A DNA stretch of 64,000 nt, from positions 1,791,817 through 1,855,816 of the forward strand of contig CAJINV010000009.1 of the NCBI GenBank assembly GCA_905178155.1, in the 5' to 3' direction. This document shows positions 1 to 12,118 of this stretch, piece after piece; position 1 is the stretch's first letter, and each line of letters begins with the position of its first letter. The notes under the pieces were generated by a model that did not search any database, was not told where the DNA came from, and saw nothing but the letters and a program-made list of their open reading frames with translations. The DNA comes from Amoebophrya sp. A120. Lineage: Eukaryota > Protista > Dinoflagellata. The translations under genes and the position numbers were made by a program.

Positions 1-518
1 CTGAGCTGCGACTGCGAGCTACCACCTGGCCCACCGCCGGCAGTTGACGAAACCTTCGACTGCAGTGGCGTTGCTCCTAACAAGAGCTGAAATGACGTCG
101 AGGGGCGCGCAGAGGCGGGTCTTGTCGATACCGCAAAACTCTGCAGAGGCGAAAAAGTTGGTAACAAATCCCGCTGTCCTCTCTCCTGCAAGGCAGAACT
201 AGTGGCAGGCTCGTCTGGGGGCGCGTCGCGCGGTGGAGCCGGTTGTTCGTACGGCCCGCTCGGGGAAGAGCGTCCCACAGCACGAGCACTGCGCCTCTTC
301 TCGTTATTTGCAGCCGGCGAGATCGGTGCAGCCGCGGTCGCGGCTACTTCGCCCGTCATGACTTGTGGACTTGCAGAGCGGCGCAGTGCTGCAGCCGTGG
401 GTCGACTGGAGGTTTGTCCTGGAGAAAATTGGAATGATAACTGGGCGAGCGCTGTCGTCGCGGACGAGTGCGAGTTGTCGGTTGCTTGTTCATCTATGAC
501 TGCAGGGGCGACTTTATG
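1..518 (-). CDS. Open reading frame running off the left edge; in frame with, and separated by a single TAG (519-521) from, the kinesin-like gene. Either its C-terminal extension or the next gene (ATG at 359)
   Basis: Hand translation from 518 to 1 has no stop (HKVAPAVIDEQATDNSHSS...GGGPGGSSQSQL), with the same Ser/Ala/Pro-rich composition as neighbouring coding exons. Confidence 0.55.
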
Positions 519-3500
519 CTAGTGCAAATCTTCCTTCCGGTTGTAATCCATTTTGTTCAGGGCATGCACAGCAACAGAGACGAGGGCTGCAAGAGAGTGG
601 ACTCTGCATCATGATAGATAAACCAACGCCCGATTCATCGGAGGCTATTCCTGCTTTGAATCGCTTTCAGAATTTATCACGCAAACAGTGGCAAAAGTCA
701 GTTTCAGTACGTGAGGTTGCGACAACTTTGCAATGCCAATGACAAATGAGGCGGGGAACAAGCGGAAGGGGGAGCAGCTGCGCACTCTCATACATTTCCT
801 TGACTTGTTCTTGGCCTGTGTGTTTCATCTTGTTCTGTTCAGACGGGGGCTCCTTCGTTTTTGTCGATGTAGTCGAAACCTTCATCATACTTGCGGCGCT
901 CGGCATCTTTCCACCTTCTGCCATACTACTGCCCGAACCCGCAAAACCGGCGCCGATCGTACCAGCCGTAGCTGCTGCAAACGGGTTGTTGTTGAAGACT
1001 CTGGGCGTTCTCGAGGCGGAAGCCTCGCGCGCCGTGGCTGCATTCGTCAAGATCGCGGTGATCTTGTTACTAAGAACTCCGCCGGCCGCCGCGGAGGAAA
1101 GCGACGATTGTTTCTGCCGCTGCTGCAGACTGAAAGTGTTGGCCTTCGATAACTGATCGGCAGATGCGGCGAGCGCTTCCGCGGTAATGACGGTCTTGGA
1201 CGGGACTGACGAAGCGGTGTTTTGCAGAGCTTGTTGTGGTCCACCGGTGGTCCTCGATGCCGGCTTCTGTAGTTGACTTGTAACTGAAAAAGACGATGAG
1301 TTGGGGTCTGCTCCTTCCGGTGCTGACCCGCCTCGTCGTAATTTGTGTTGTTCCTGAATCCGATCTCTCTCGGAGAGTTCCCGTTTTTCCAACTCAAGAA
1401 TTTGCTGCTCGCGCTCCAGATTCTGCTCCCACTTTCGGAGCCGGTCCTCGTCTTGAGTGAGCTGGTTTCTTCTGCCGCCCACGAGGGACGCCTGCAGATT
1501 GGAGTGCGAGTAACCGTGTTCACGTTCAGGATCTTCTTTATCTCTGCTGCTGGGCAACGCTACGGCTACACTGAGACTGAGTTCCTTCTCTGCCTCGTCG
1601 AGTTTCACACTGAGCTCCTGTTGGAGGTTCAGCACCTCCTCCCACCGCTCTGCCAGCTCCGCTTCTTTCTGCGCCAGCTCTTCCTCCCTTTTCAGCAAAG
1701 CGGCGGACTTTCTCTTCATTGCTGCCTTTTCCTTCTCAGATGTTGAAGCTCCACCACCTCCTTCGATGGGTGAAGCGCGGCTATCAACATCGTGGGCAGC
1801 TTGATGTTCAGCTGTTTTCTTCGTTCTATTCGCCTGGTTCTGTAGTTCCCTCTCCTCGAAGAGCTGCTTCAGTTTGCCTTTCCACTTTGCCTCCAGCTCC
1901 TTGACAGCGTTTTCCCGCTGCTGCAGCCTTTCCAACGTCTCCCGCCCCTGCTTCGCCAACTCTTCGAGTTCCTGCTTTCTCAGTCGGTTTTCCGCGAGAT
2001 CCATCATTTGTTCAGTGCCGGTTGCAGGTCCAGAACCCGGAACCGGGCCGCTACTTGTTGGAGACTGAACCCACAACCCCCCATCGCTGCGCCCCTCGAA
2101 AACCTGGCTGCGTTTCTCGAGTTTTTTCGCGAGTTGCTCCACCTCGTCCAGCTTCGCCAGCATCTCTCTGCGCCCGAGAAACACGTCTTTGGGTGAGTAA
2201 AACTTTTTTTCTCGCGCGTGGAAGACGACGGCTGTCGGGTCTTGAACCCGGTCGTCCTGGCCGTGCAGGAGAAACAAAATCTTCTCCTCAACGCCCTGCC
2301 AAACTGCAGGCCAGGCGGACAACGGGACGGAGGGATTCTTCAGCATAACAGCCGGCGCGTTCTGGTTCTCTGTGCCACCAGTCGGGAACATGCTGCTGAG
2401 GTCGGCTCGCCCGCCCGTTATGTTGCCGTTTTGCAATGTCTGCAGCTCGAGTTCCTGCTGCTGTTCCTGTTCCCGCTGCAGTGCGTAAACAGCTTGCATC
2501 ACCGAAAGGTTCGCTGCGTCGTTCCACACCGCAAGTGCGCGTGCTGGTTCGAAAACCCTGGCAGACTGCAGCTCGAATAGGTACGGGCCCAGCTGCACCG
2601 TGTCGTGGTTCCGGAGGCAGATCTTGCCCAACTGCATGCGGCCGTTGACGAAAATTTCGAAAGAATTACCAACGTTCTCCAGCGTGATGGAAGAAAAGCC
2701 TGTCGCACATCCCTCTTCTGTGTTCACATGGTGCGTCACGCGCACATGAACCTCACAAGGCGAGCGATTGTTGGCGGAGCCAGAATTGATGTCCGCAGCC
2801 AGTGCTGCTCTCGCGTTATTTGGCGCTGCTCCAGTACGAGGATTTGCAGCCGATTTCTGTGGTTGGACCGGAGCTGCGCCTGTTATGGCCTCGAACTGTT
2901 GCGCCCAGCTTTCCAACCGTTCACGGTATCGCTCATCCAGAATCCGTCTCAGTTTCATCCGGATAGGTGCGTACCGGCCCTGGAGAACAGAGCTTGCACT
3001 TGTGTCGTCAAAGTACGCCGCAACCTTCGCCATACTTTCGCACCCGAAATCCAACACGTCTGGCAAAGTGATGAACTCGGAAGCCGAAGCTTCGCGGAGG
3101 TCGTCGGCGTAGTGCGAGTTATTTGCTAACGAGTGCCTGTTCGTGTTGTTCGAGGGTGCTGCGCCAGCTGCAAGGCCCTGCTTCGGTAGTTTCCGTGTGA
3201 GAATCAGGTGCAACTCAGAACCTGGTTGCAGCTCGTACCTAACCGCACCCGCCAAGCTGCGATCGAAAAGTGGCAAACTGGCCAAGCACGGCGGCGGGGC
3301 TTCGACAGTGCTCGGACAGTCAAGGATAGTTTCCACACTCGTGTCGTTGTTTTTGGCCAAGCGGACGACGTTTCCTGAAAGTAAAGAAGAACGACTGCCG
3401 TGTGTTACGTGACTGTCTTTTCTCTTGCTCTTGCAGAACTGATGCCTTTGATTCAGCTGGTAGAGCAAACCCAGAGCTTCCTCCGAAAATTCGTGCATGG

Positions 3501-6500
3501 ACGACTCTTGCAGCGATTGCAAAAGCGCGAGGTGTGAGGAATGAGCCGCCGCAGTGGCGGCTGATGTCGGACCCTCGCTGTTTTTACTCGCACTCGCTCT
3601 GCTGGTTGTACCGGGTTTGCTCGCAAGCGTCGAGATGGTCGGTCCTGCGGGCCCTACTCGCGTGTGCGGGCCAGTCTTTTGATTGTAGGCATGATGCAAT
3701 GCCATTTGCGATCTCTGAACCTCCTCCGCCAATTGCTTGGCGATCGCACCGCGCTTGCTCGACAGGTTCGGCGCCACCTTTTGCAGCGTGGCGTCGATAT
3801 TTTGGTACCGATCGTTCAGGTGGAGAGCCAACTGCGCGAACTGCATGGTGTCGAACAACTTTGTTCCGGGACCAGTTTCCTCCACTCCAGACGAGGCAGC
3901 GGATGACACATTGGCGCCTGCGCCACTTCCTCCTGCTGCAACACGACTTCGACGGCACCCGAGCACCGTGCCCGCTACCGTGAAGCTCGCGAATCTCCGA
4001 CGGGCATCGCCGAAAAACTGGTCTAGCAAAACAGAGAGCTTCGACCGGTTCGAATCCCGTATGTGATGATCGGCTGAGGACGCCCCACTGCCCAAGACAC
4101 GGCGCTGCACCCCCGGTCCCGCTTTCAGCGGCGAAGCGAGGCTTTCGCGGTGCTGCTCCGATTCGGATTTGGGCGGGGCTGCGGACAGGAGGTCGACGAA
4201 CTGCTGCTGCACGGAGTGCTGTAACTCGGCCTGCACGGCGTCGCTAGCGGGGTTCGTGAGCGGGGCGAGCTCCACCACCGCAAGTTGCGCAGCTAGATTC
4301 CCGGGGAGGTTCCAATGATCGATCAGGTACACGCGGGCGACCGGGCGCTTGTAGAATGGTGCAGCCTCTTCCACTTCGTGAGCACCGGAAAGATGACTGA
4401 TGGTGTTGTACGTGTTTTGGAGGTATTAGTATTGACGAGCAGATTGGAGCCATATTTCTTTACGTAGCAATGATGTTGACGTAGCGCAGACGTAGCTCAT
4501 CATGAACTATCCACAGCACGACCGCCGAAAAATCTTCCGTCGACAGGCCTTCACTTTTTCAAAAAGTCGCAGTCGCACGAGAAGCAAGGCATTTAAAAAA
4601 GTTACCTCCCATACAGTCCCTGCTTGAAGACTGCGAAGTCGAGCAGATTTGAGAAGTCGTTGGGGTTTCGGGCTTGAATTTTGCTGACATTCCGCACGTG
4701 AATGGGCAGGTCAGGGTGTTCCACAAGTTGGAAGGGCTGGTAATCCTCGGAAAAGTCCTTCACGTTCAGCAGATCGCGAATCACGTCCTCTTCCAGTACC
4801 TCAAAAGCCTGCAGGGCCACGTGGGGCGCATGCTTGACTTCGCTCGGAGCGGAACCTCCTACTTCGGACACGACCCGACTAGAGCCTCCACGGGATGATC
4901 CTCGATCCTGCTTGTTTGCAATGCCGGCGTCGCCCCCGTCGGCAACCGTGTTCGCCAAAGAGCAGCTTCTGGCCACCATTTCCGCGAAGCGCTTCTTGAA
5001 GTCGCCGTAAAAGACCACCGCAGTGTTGATGCCTTGGGATAAAAGTGATCTGATCTGGTCGATGTCCGCCACCCCCTGGAGCAGACGCGCGGTCTGCAGA
5101 CCCCTTTCGTCCTGCGTGCTCGGTGCCGTTGTACCGGCTGATGGAAAGAAAGCAGAGGAGGAGGTCGCGGCAGAGTCACCCACGAGGAGTCGACCCACAG
5201 CTGCTGAAGAAGACGCAGTGTTTGTGTGATCAGCCTCATCTGAAGTGCTCGCTGCTTTAGTACTCCGCGTCGAGGACCCTACGGTGCCTCCTGCGCTAGT
5301 GCCGCCCCGTCCGGACCCGGCGACCATGCGCACTTTTACATCAGCAAAGGGGCCGAAAGTTCGTCTTCTCGCACCGCCCAGCGACACCATCTTGTTGCCT
5401 GAGTGCGTTTCCACGCCGAACTTAGAAACCGGTATAGCAGCGTCGTCGCGGTCAATAAGAACGCGGACGTCGCAGTAGCTCCTCGCTTGTTCGCTTATGG
5501 ACCGGGAATTCAATGTTTTTAGAAACGGTCGCTCGTCCAATTCCCAATCGGGCGCCATCATTTCAGTATCTCCGGATGGCCATGCCTGCACGGCTGAGCT
5601 GCCGTCTATATCTCTAGTACCGTCATCGAACCCAGCTTCACTTCTGGCTCCAAGTCCAGACGTACCAGACAGCATGCTCGCCAGTGAGTAGTCCTGGTCG
5701 TTTTTTTGAAATTTGGAAAACTTTGGCAGCTCGTGGTTGGACGGCTTTCGGCCAATGTGGTGTCTCCGGTCGTCCTCCAAGTTGGCCTGCTTCAGCACGA
5801 AGTCGTTGTACTTCTTGATATTTTCCTGGTGCTTTTTCAGAGGGACGCCAGTAATGGACCTGGTTACCGTTGTGCCGATGTGGTTCAAGTCAGACCGCAA
5901 GTTCACGAGTAACGACTGGCCGTTATCGGCGGTGTCGCGAAACACGTTCTGCTCTTCCTGTAGCCGCTTCAACTGCGAAAACGATTTTTGCCGGCTGGAG
6001 TACTGCTTGCGCTTCGCGAACGTCGACGCGGACATGTCGGACTGCTTCGACTTCAGGCTGAAACTGGTCGAGAACGCTGCTACGGAGCTCGAACAACTGC
6101 TGTCATTGTCCTGTTCGGTCACTTCTATTTCTCGCTCGGAGGTAGTCTGCTGATTCGACTGCTGGTCCACAAGCGCACCACCATCTTCGCCTGTTCTCCC
6201 ACCAGGGGGAATTCTAGTGCTTCGAAGCTTGCTCGTACGGCTGGCGGTGTATTTGTTGGCGATTTTCACTTCCAGATCTTTCGGCGCAGCGGGGGGACCT
6301 TCGATCAACGTCTCCTCGGTTTTTAGCGGACGCCATTCCTTTATGCTGGGAATCTTGTCAAGAAGCTTGTGTGGACTCGAAGTTCTGGCCGAGGCGGTGT
6401 TTATTTTCTGGGGGCTTCGCAAAGTCGCCTCCGGCGTCAGGATGCCCGTCGATCCCCGAGCTTCTGGAGTCGATGCACCGGGCGCTGTGGTGGTCCTGCG

Positions 6501-7109
6501 CGCAACATTTCCATCTGGTCGCTTACCTTTCCCAAGGCTATTGCGATTGGTGGTCGCGCCAGTGCTATTGTTCGTGATTGTCGTTGCATAGCTGCTTTTC
6601 GAGGACCCCGGAGTTATTCTGCTTCCAGGTACAAACGCACCTTGGCGTGGCGTGCTCGTGCCGGCGGAGACGGCGCCGCTAGCAGCAGTTGCCGGCTCCT
6701 GAGAGGCGGCGGCACCCGTGTTGTGCGTAGAGGTCTTGTTCGCCGCACGGGCATCGACCGCGGCAGCGATGCCCGGCGTCGTGGTCGAGGTCCCGAGTGT
6801 GACAGTCACGCTGTCTTCGTAGGTGTTCTCGATTTCGTGTTCTTGTGCCACCTGCCCATTGTATTCAGGTTCATCAGGAGCGGCCCCAGGACCGAGAACC
6901 TCGCTCTCTTGCTGCTGCTCCAACGTAAGGTCCTCGTAGGCAGATGGAGATCTTGGCAAAAATGTAAATGATTGATGACTGTCATCGGGAACATGTTGAT
7001 CGGCGTCCAATTCTTGGTGACGCAGGGCCAATTGCTCTCCACGCTCCTTCTCCTCGGCGACGGCCTGCTGCAGAGACGCAATGCGAGCTGCCCACACATC
7101 GGACGACAT
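519..7109 (-). CDS. Divergent, probably motor-dead kinesin-3-like protein (degenerate motor domain, FHA domain, coiled coils); proposed exons 7109-4606, 4553-4508, 4425-793, 548-519
   Basis: Kinesin motor relics occur in the correct order: DVRVLID, TFGPFADV, LSQGINTAVVFYG, VALQAFEVLEEDVIRDLL, LVEHPDLPIHVRNVS, SAVVLWIYLQN, RVYLID, HIRDSNRSKLSVLLDQFFG, DTMQFAQLA. An FHA-like segment follows (ITLENVGNSFEIFVNG...LRNHDTVQLGPYLF). The joins preserve frame. Confidence 0.75.
554..792 (-). mobile_element. TAT-family introner (degenerate 3' end), 5-bp TSD AAATG
   Basis: Sense 5' end TATGAGAGTGCGCAGCTGCTCCCCCT...CCTCATTTGTCAT resembles the TIR at 12362. It is flanked by CATTT at 549-553 and 793-797. 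Removing it with one TSD gives in-frame VKEM|DYNRKEDLH. Confidence 0.7.
4426..4507 (-). other. Candidate non-canonical (GT...AA) intron with terminal inverted repeat
   Basis: Sense TAGTTCATGATGAGC pairs with GCTCGTCAATACTA. Removal joins AVVLWI to YLQNTY, restoring the kinesin beta-strand after switch I. The exact boundary is uncertain. Confidence 0.5.
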
Positions 7110-9299
7110 GGAACGGATGTCGTTGTCGACCTTGTTGTGCCCTTTAATTGCCCTTTACCTGCTCTAGCAGAAAAAGAAACTGGAAGTGCCTTGTGACTTT
7201 GCTTCTACCTTCCGCCAAACGCAAACACTAGTCCGCGTCGCGTACAAACAACTGTTGATCTTTGTCGTTGCGCAAGGAATTCGGCCTCAGTATTCATGGA
7301 TGCGGCTAGGTTCGTCACGAAGGTGCGGCACTTCTTTCATAAGAAAATTGACACAAGCAGGCACGGCTAAAAACATCATCCGAGAAATGATCGCGCGAGC
7401 CATGTGCATCTGGTGGCGCTGCAATGCTTTAGGAAAGTGACACAATATCGCTCCGGGCTGCATGTGCTCGCCGATCTCGATCAGACAGGTCCTCGATGAC
7501 GACGTAACTTGTACGATCTGGGCACTTTTGCACTCACGCTAACATCGATCAAAAATACATGATTTCCGTTTATCTCGTGGCTCCCTCGGCAGCGATTTTG
7601 GTGTCAAATTGTATCTCACGACGCTCAGACAACTGCAAGTTGCACGGGTAACTAGGTTTCTGAAGGAAAATTCTGGTGGTTCGACGATGAGATTGAGATT
7701 CTCGACGAGGGAGCGCGAAATAGTACTGACTACAGGCGGCACCACGCGCCAACGCCATACACGCCACCGGATGAACGAAGATCTTCGCGGCGAGGAATCC
7801 CTGGTGTTTTGCTGCGCGAACAAATTTCCTCTTCTTGGCTCTCTTCCGTGACCGTGGCTTCGTTTCGGCGGGCGTTGAAATATAATTTTCAAAAAGCCCA
7901 AACATCAAAAATCTACTTGCTTCTTTATTTTTAAAACAAATACTGGCCGCGAAGAGGGCAGCATACGTATTGGTTTCTTCTTTTTCAACCGCCTACCGAG
8001 AGCTGCTTTTGGCACGGTGCCAGCTAAAGAAGATAGAGCTTGAGCTTCTGTTCATCTTCCGTCGATTCCTTGTCTACCTCCAGTTTTTGTTTCAAACAAA
8101 TCGATGGACTATCGTCGTTTTATGCATCGTCTTTTTTTGAGGAAGAGGCGCAAAAAATTGTGTGAAAGTGGTGAACTATCTGAGGCATCGCGTTTTCAAG
8201 TGCGACAAGGCGAGACATTTAGGAAATCGCTGCCGTTTTTTCCTTTGGTCTTGCGACGCTACGGTGTGTCTGAGTATTCTAGGGAAAAGAAAGAGCAAAA
8301 ACACGCTAAAGATCGTTGCCAGGTCGTCGCGTACAGGCGACTACTTGTTGGAAAGCATCCTGCTTTTTTTCTTGTTTCTGGGCTCCATGGGATTCAGGCG
8401 AAAATCTTACCATACCCTCGCAAGACCTTGTTTGAAAAGAGCAGCAGAAAAGACCAACAAGATCTTCCAACAGGTCTTGAGAAGGCCTACGCCTAACAAG
8501 ACAAATATTAGTATAGTCTAGCAACTGAAGTCATCGCATTCGGGTCGTATTATTCTAATTCTCCACGTCGAACGGGACCCACTTCGAAAAGATTAAAAAA
8601 TATAGTCCTGCGGCGAAAGGGCAAAACCACGAAAGATGACGACGCTACGGGCACCTTATTTCTGGCGTGATCTTTCAAATGGAAGAGACAAATCCTCCCT
8701 CTGTGGAAAATGTTCAAAAGTCGAAAAGAAAAACCCCGATCCATCCGTTTGAAACCTAAAGCACGGAACTCTTGTACCGATTTTTTGTTGTTCAAAAAAA
8801 TCTATACTGTGACTGACTTCAGACGATGAAAACACGTGTCTTCTAGTTTTGCAGTCGTCCCAGATATAGTTTCGTACATAAGTACCTTCTTGGTGCTAAG
8901 TTTTAGCTAAAAATAAAAATATAAGCAAGGAAGTGCTGCAGTTGTTTTGGATGCAGTGTCAGTACCTTAAAAAAGCTGTCGTGCCTATATTCTCTACCGT
9001 CTTCCAAAAATCGAAAGCGTTCTTTTATTTATCTCGATCTCAAAAAATAAAAAACTCGAAAGCCTCTTTGGTGAAGGTGATGCGACGCATCTTGTTCATA
9101 ACGGAACATACTGGCAGGAGTAGTGCTCGTGTAGCTTCAGATATTAGTAAGTACAGAATCATGGTCGTGGTCCATAGAATGTCGCAGCGAAGGACATTTT
9201 CGAACCCCGCGTGGAAGATCTTCATGAGGCGTCTATCATTATTGCGAGGAGGAGGACTGCTGTAGTGGTGTTCCGTGACCTTCTCCGACTCCGTCACCA

Positions 9300-11147
9300 T
9301 CAGTTACGCCGATGACCTCCGTCGTTGACAAGAGTTTCCACCCTCTGCAGGAACCGATTGACATTTTCGGATAGATTATTTTGCCCCTGAAGAAGCGTTT
9401 CGTGCCCTCCAGAAAGGCTCTGCACGCTTTCGGCCAGGTGTTCGTGACGTCGCAGCAGGGTATCGTGCAGGCTTTCTTGCCCCTGGGAAACCTGGTCTTG
9501 TCGCTCGATTAGGCTCTGCTGTCCCGCAGCAAGCTGCTGCTGCCCTTCGCGCAGGCGGTCTTGCCCCTGAGAAAGCTGGTCTTGTCGCTCGATCAGGCGC
9601 TGCTGTCCCGCAGCAAGCTGCTGCTGCCCTTCGCGCAGGCTTTCTTGCCCCTGAGAAAACTGGTCTTGTCGCTCGATTAGGCTCTGCTGTCCCGCAGCAA
9701 GCTGCTGCTGCCCTTCGCGCAGGCTCTCTTGCCCCTGAGAAAACTGGTCTTGTCGCTCGGTTAAGCTTTGCTGTCCCGCAGCAAGCTGCTGCTGCCCTTC
9801 GCGCAGGCTTTCTTGCCCCTGAGAAACCTGATCCTGCAGCCGGTCAACCAGAATGTCGACCCTGGCGCCCTGATCCGTTCCCATTTGTGCGATTTCCCCC
9901 CGCACGGTTTCGAGGCCGGCAGCAAGCGATGCTGTGCCTTCGGCGATACGGGACTCCAAGTCTGCTCCCTGGCCAAGCAAAGTATCCCCTAGTCGTAACT
10001 GGTCCTCCCGTAGATCCGAGGTTGCCGTTAGTACGGCCGCAATGTCGTTTCGAACCGTGTCAAAGCGTGCGTTCGTATTCCCCGCGTGCTCCGCCATGCT
10101 GTTTTCCAACGCGGTGTGCACGTTTTCCACGGTCTGCTGCAGTTCCGTTTGCACTGTCTCGATGCGTGCCGATAAATTAGTAGCGCCCTGGTCAACGATG
10201 CGCCGCAGTCCCTGCAGAGTCGTACGCAAACTAGCCAGCTCGTTGCTCCACTCGCCACCGCGGGCGTCTATCAGTTCCTCGGTAGCCTGAATCTGGGTCA
10301 ACAGGGACGCAAACTGGGATGCATTGGATTCCTGTGTGGCCTGCAGTTGCCTCTGGACCTGCGTGTCCACACTGGATGCCTGCTCAGACTGCAGCTGCAG
10401 CAATTGCTCATGCCTGTGTTCCGTGTGCCACGCGGAAACAACCAGCCCGACGGCAAGAAGTAGGATACCGAACAGAAGAGCGAGCAGGGCTGCTCCGGTG
10501 CTTGTTTTGCAGGATCTCGACCCAGCAGCAGGTGATGTTGTAGTAGTTTTTCCTTTCGTGCTGGGACGGACGATAAGGAGATCCTCCTGAGAGCGCTCAT
10601 CATGATCTCCCAGCGCGGTACAGCCTCGCGTTCGTGCTGTTGTCGGATTCTTTGTGCCACCTCCGAGCTTGGCCTTGGTCTTGATTTTGCTCTTCGTTTT
10701 GCCGCTTTGTCTTTCTTCTACATTATCTTGACCTCCTTCCCCTTCACCAAGAGGAAGATGAGGGAGACCCTCAACTTTTTCCCGTTCCAAGGCGCTAAGA
10801 TCAATACTATAATCGTGCTGCCGAAGTGCTTCTTCGAGCAACGGCACGTCCTCGCCGCCGCAAGTGACCTCCACTCGTACCAGCTCCTCCTCAATCTTGT
10901 TTCTCGCTCCCGCTCCTGCAGCTGCAACATGCATTGCGCATATCTGCTGTATCTTGCTGTTGTCGACGGTTTCTGCTTGCTGTGGCTCGACGCCGGGCGG
11001 AGAGAAAAATGGTGACTTAGAGATTGACGCTCGACACCTGCGCTTGTCCTTTTCGTTTTCCTCGTCTTCGTCTTCCAGCTCTAGCAACAATGCGACCCGC
11101 TCCTCACCGTCCATCCTGATGTTTTTATCACTACAACTTCTTTTCAT
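9300..11147 (-). CDS. Single-pass membrane protein with long coiled coil and LxxGQ heptad repeats
   Basis: 615-aa ORF with hydrophobic segment GAALLALLFGILLLAVGLVVSAW, followed by coiled coil and 28-aa tandem repeats. Confidence 0.8.
   Translation of the reverse strand: MKRSCSDKNIRMDGEERVALLLELEDEDEENEKDKRRCRASISKSPFFSPPGVEPQQAETVDNSKIQQICAMHVAAAGAGARNKIEEELVRVEVTCGGEDVPLLEEALRQHDYSIDLSALEREKVEGLPHLPLGEGEGGQDNVEERQSGKTKSKIKTKAKLGGGTKNPTTARTRGCTALGDHDERSQEDLLIVRPSTKGKTTTTSPAAGSRSCKTSTGAALLALLFGILLLAVGLVVSAWHTEHRHEQLLQLQSEQASSVDTQVQRQLQATQESNASQFASLLTQIQATEELIDARGGEWSNELASLRTTLQGLRRIVDQGATNLSARIETVQTELQQTVENVHTALENSMAEHAGNTNARFDTVRNDIAAVLTATSDLREDQLRLGDTLLGQGADLESRIAEGTASLAAGLETVRGEIAQMGTDQGARVDILVDRLQDQVSQGQESLREGQQQLAAGQQSLTERQDQFSQGQESLREGQQQLAAGQQSLIERQDQFSQGQESLREGQQQLAAGQQRLIERQDQLSQGQDRLREGQQQLAAGQQSLIERQDQVSQGQESLHDTLLRRHEHLAESVQSLSGGHETLLQGQNNLSENVNRFLQRVETLVNDGGHRRN
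9468..9837 (-). repeat. Coding tandem repeat, 84-bp unit, about 4.4 copies (QDQFSQGQESLREGQQQLAAGQQSLIER)
   Basis: Near-identical 84-bp units visible in both DNA and protein. Confidence 0.92.
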
Positions 11148-12118
11148 TTATTTTACCAAAAAATCGCGGGAAAAAAGTTTAAGCTTTAGGTTTCGTGTTT
11201 CGAAGGTGGGTCTTCCACGCAATTTCTGCACGCTACAGAGACGCGTCTGAGGCTGCTAGCAAAGCTAAGGGCACACAGTCTGCGAAGGCATTGCCAAGCA
11301 GACTTCGTAAAAAGAAGTAGACAGGATCCCATCGGGGTAAACACAAGAAGGACAAAAAAGAAAAAAATCGGATTGCCAAAAACAACACCAGAGACGGAAA
11401 TCATGATCATCGGAAAGAAGCACGAGCATGACGTGAATCAGTATCAAAGGTGCTCCAGATCGCACATGTTTTCGGAGAAAAGCTTGCTGTTGCTCCATTG
11501 GTTGCGACTCGCGAACATCTGGTACATCAATCGATGATCGAGTTGCGCTTGGCCTCAACCCCCATGGATTCGTTTCCTCATTCAAGACAAGGACGTTAGC
11601 GCGACAAAGTTTTTTTTTCGGCCGGTGTGTACAGGTGATATATTTGGTCTGCTTCAGCGTCTGTAGTGTGACGAGTGGTAAGAACCGAGCTTGTCAGCTG
11701 TTGGTTCCGGCGGGACTGAAGGGCTTCAATTGTTCATTCATATTTTATATATGGTACTACATGATACAAGATTAGCAGAAACACAAATCGGCAGGCACGA
11801 TGATGCTATTTTGTACAGGGGCATTACCAGCAATGGCATTGGCAGACTCCAACTTCAACCAATCCGTCAAATCAACTTGAACTTAAAAGGTAAAGGATAA
11901 GGTGGTTAACAAGGTTTAACAAGGTAAAGATATTAAAGGTTAAGGTTTAAGTTTAGCTTTTTGCGTTTTTCCTTGAAAGATCATGATCATGTGTATACAG
12001 TGAGTATATGCGCGTCGTCATATCAATCGTGAGTCAGCATCAACGAAGCTGCGTATTTCCAATTTCATCCAAATGCTGCCATACCAGCACTCTTTTTCGA
12101 CTACGTCGTTTCATCAAT

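Noticed and set aside
11880-11960. TTAAGG-like degenerate repeats as telomeric relic
   Set aside because: Irregular period; simple low-complexity DNA.
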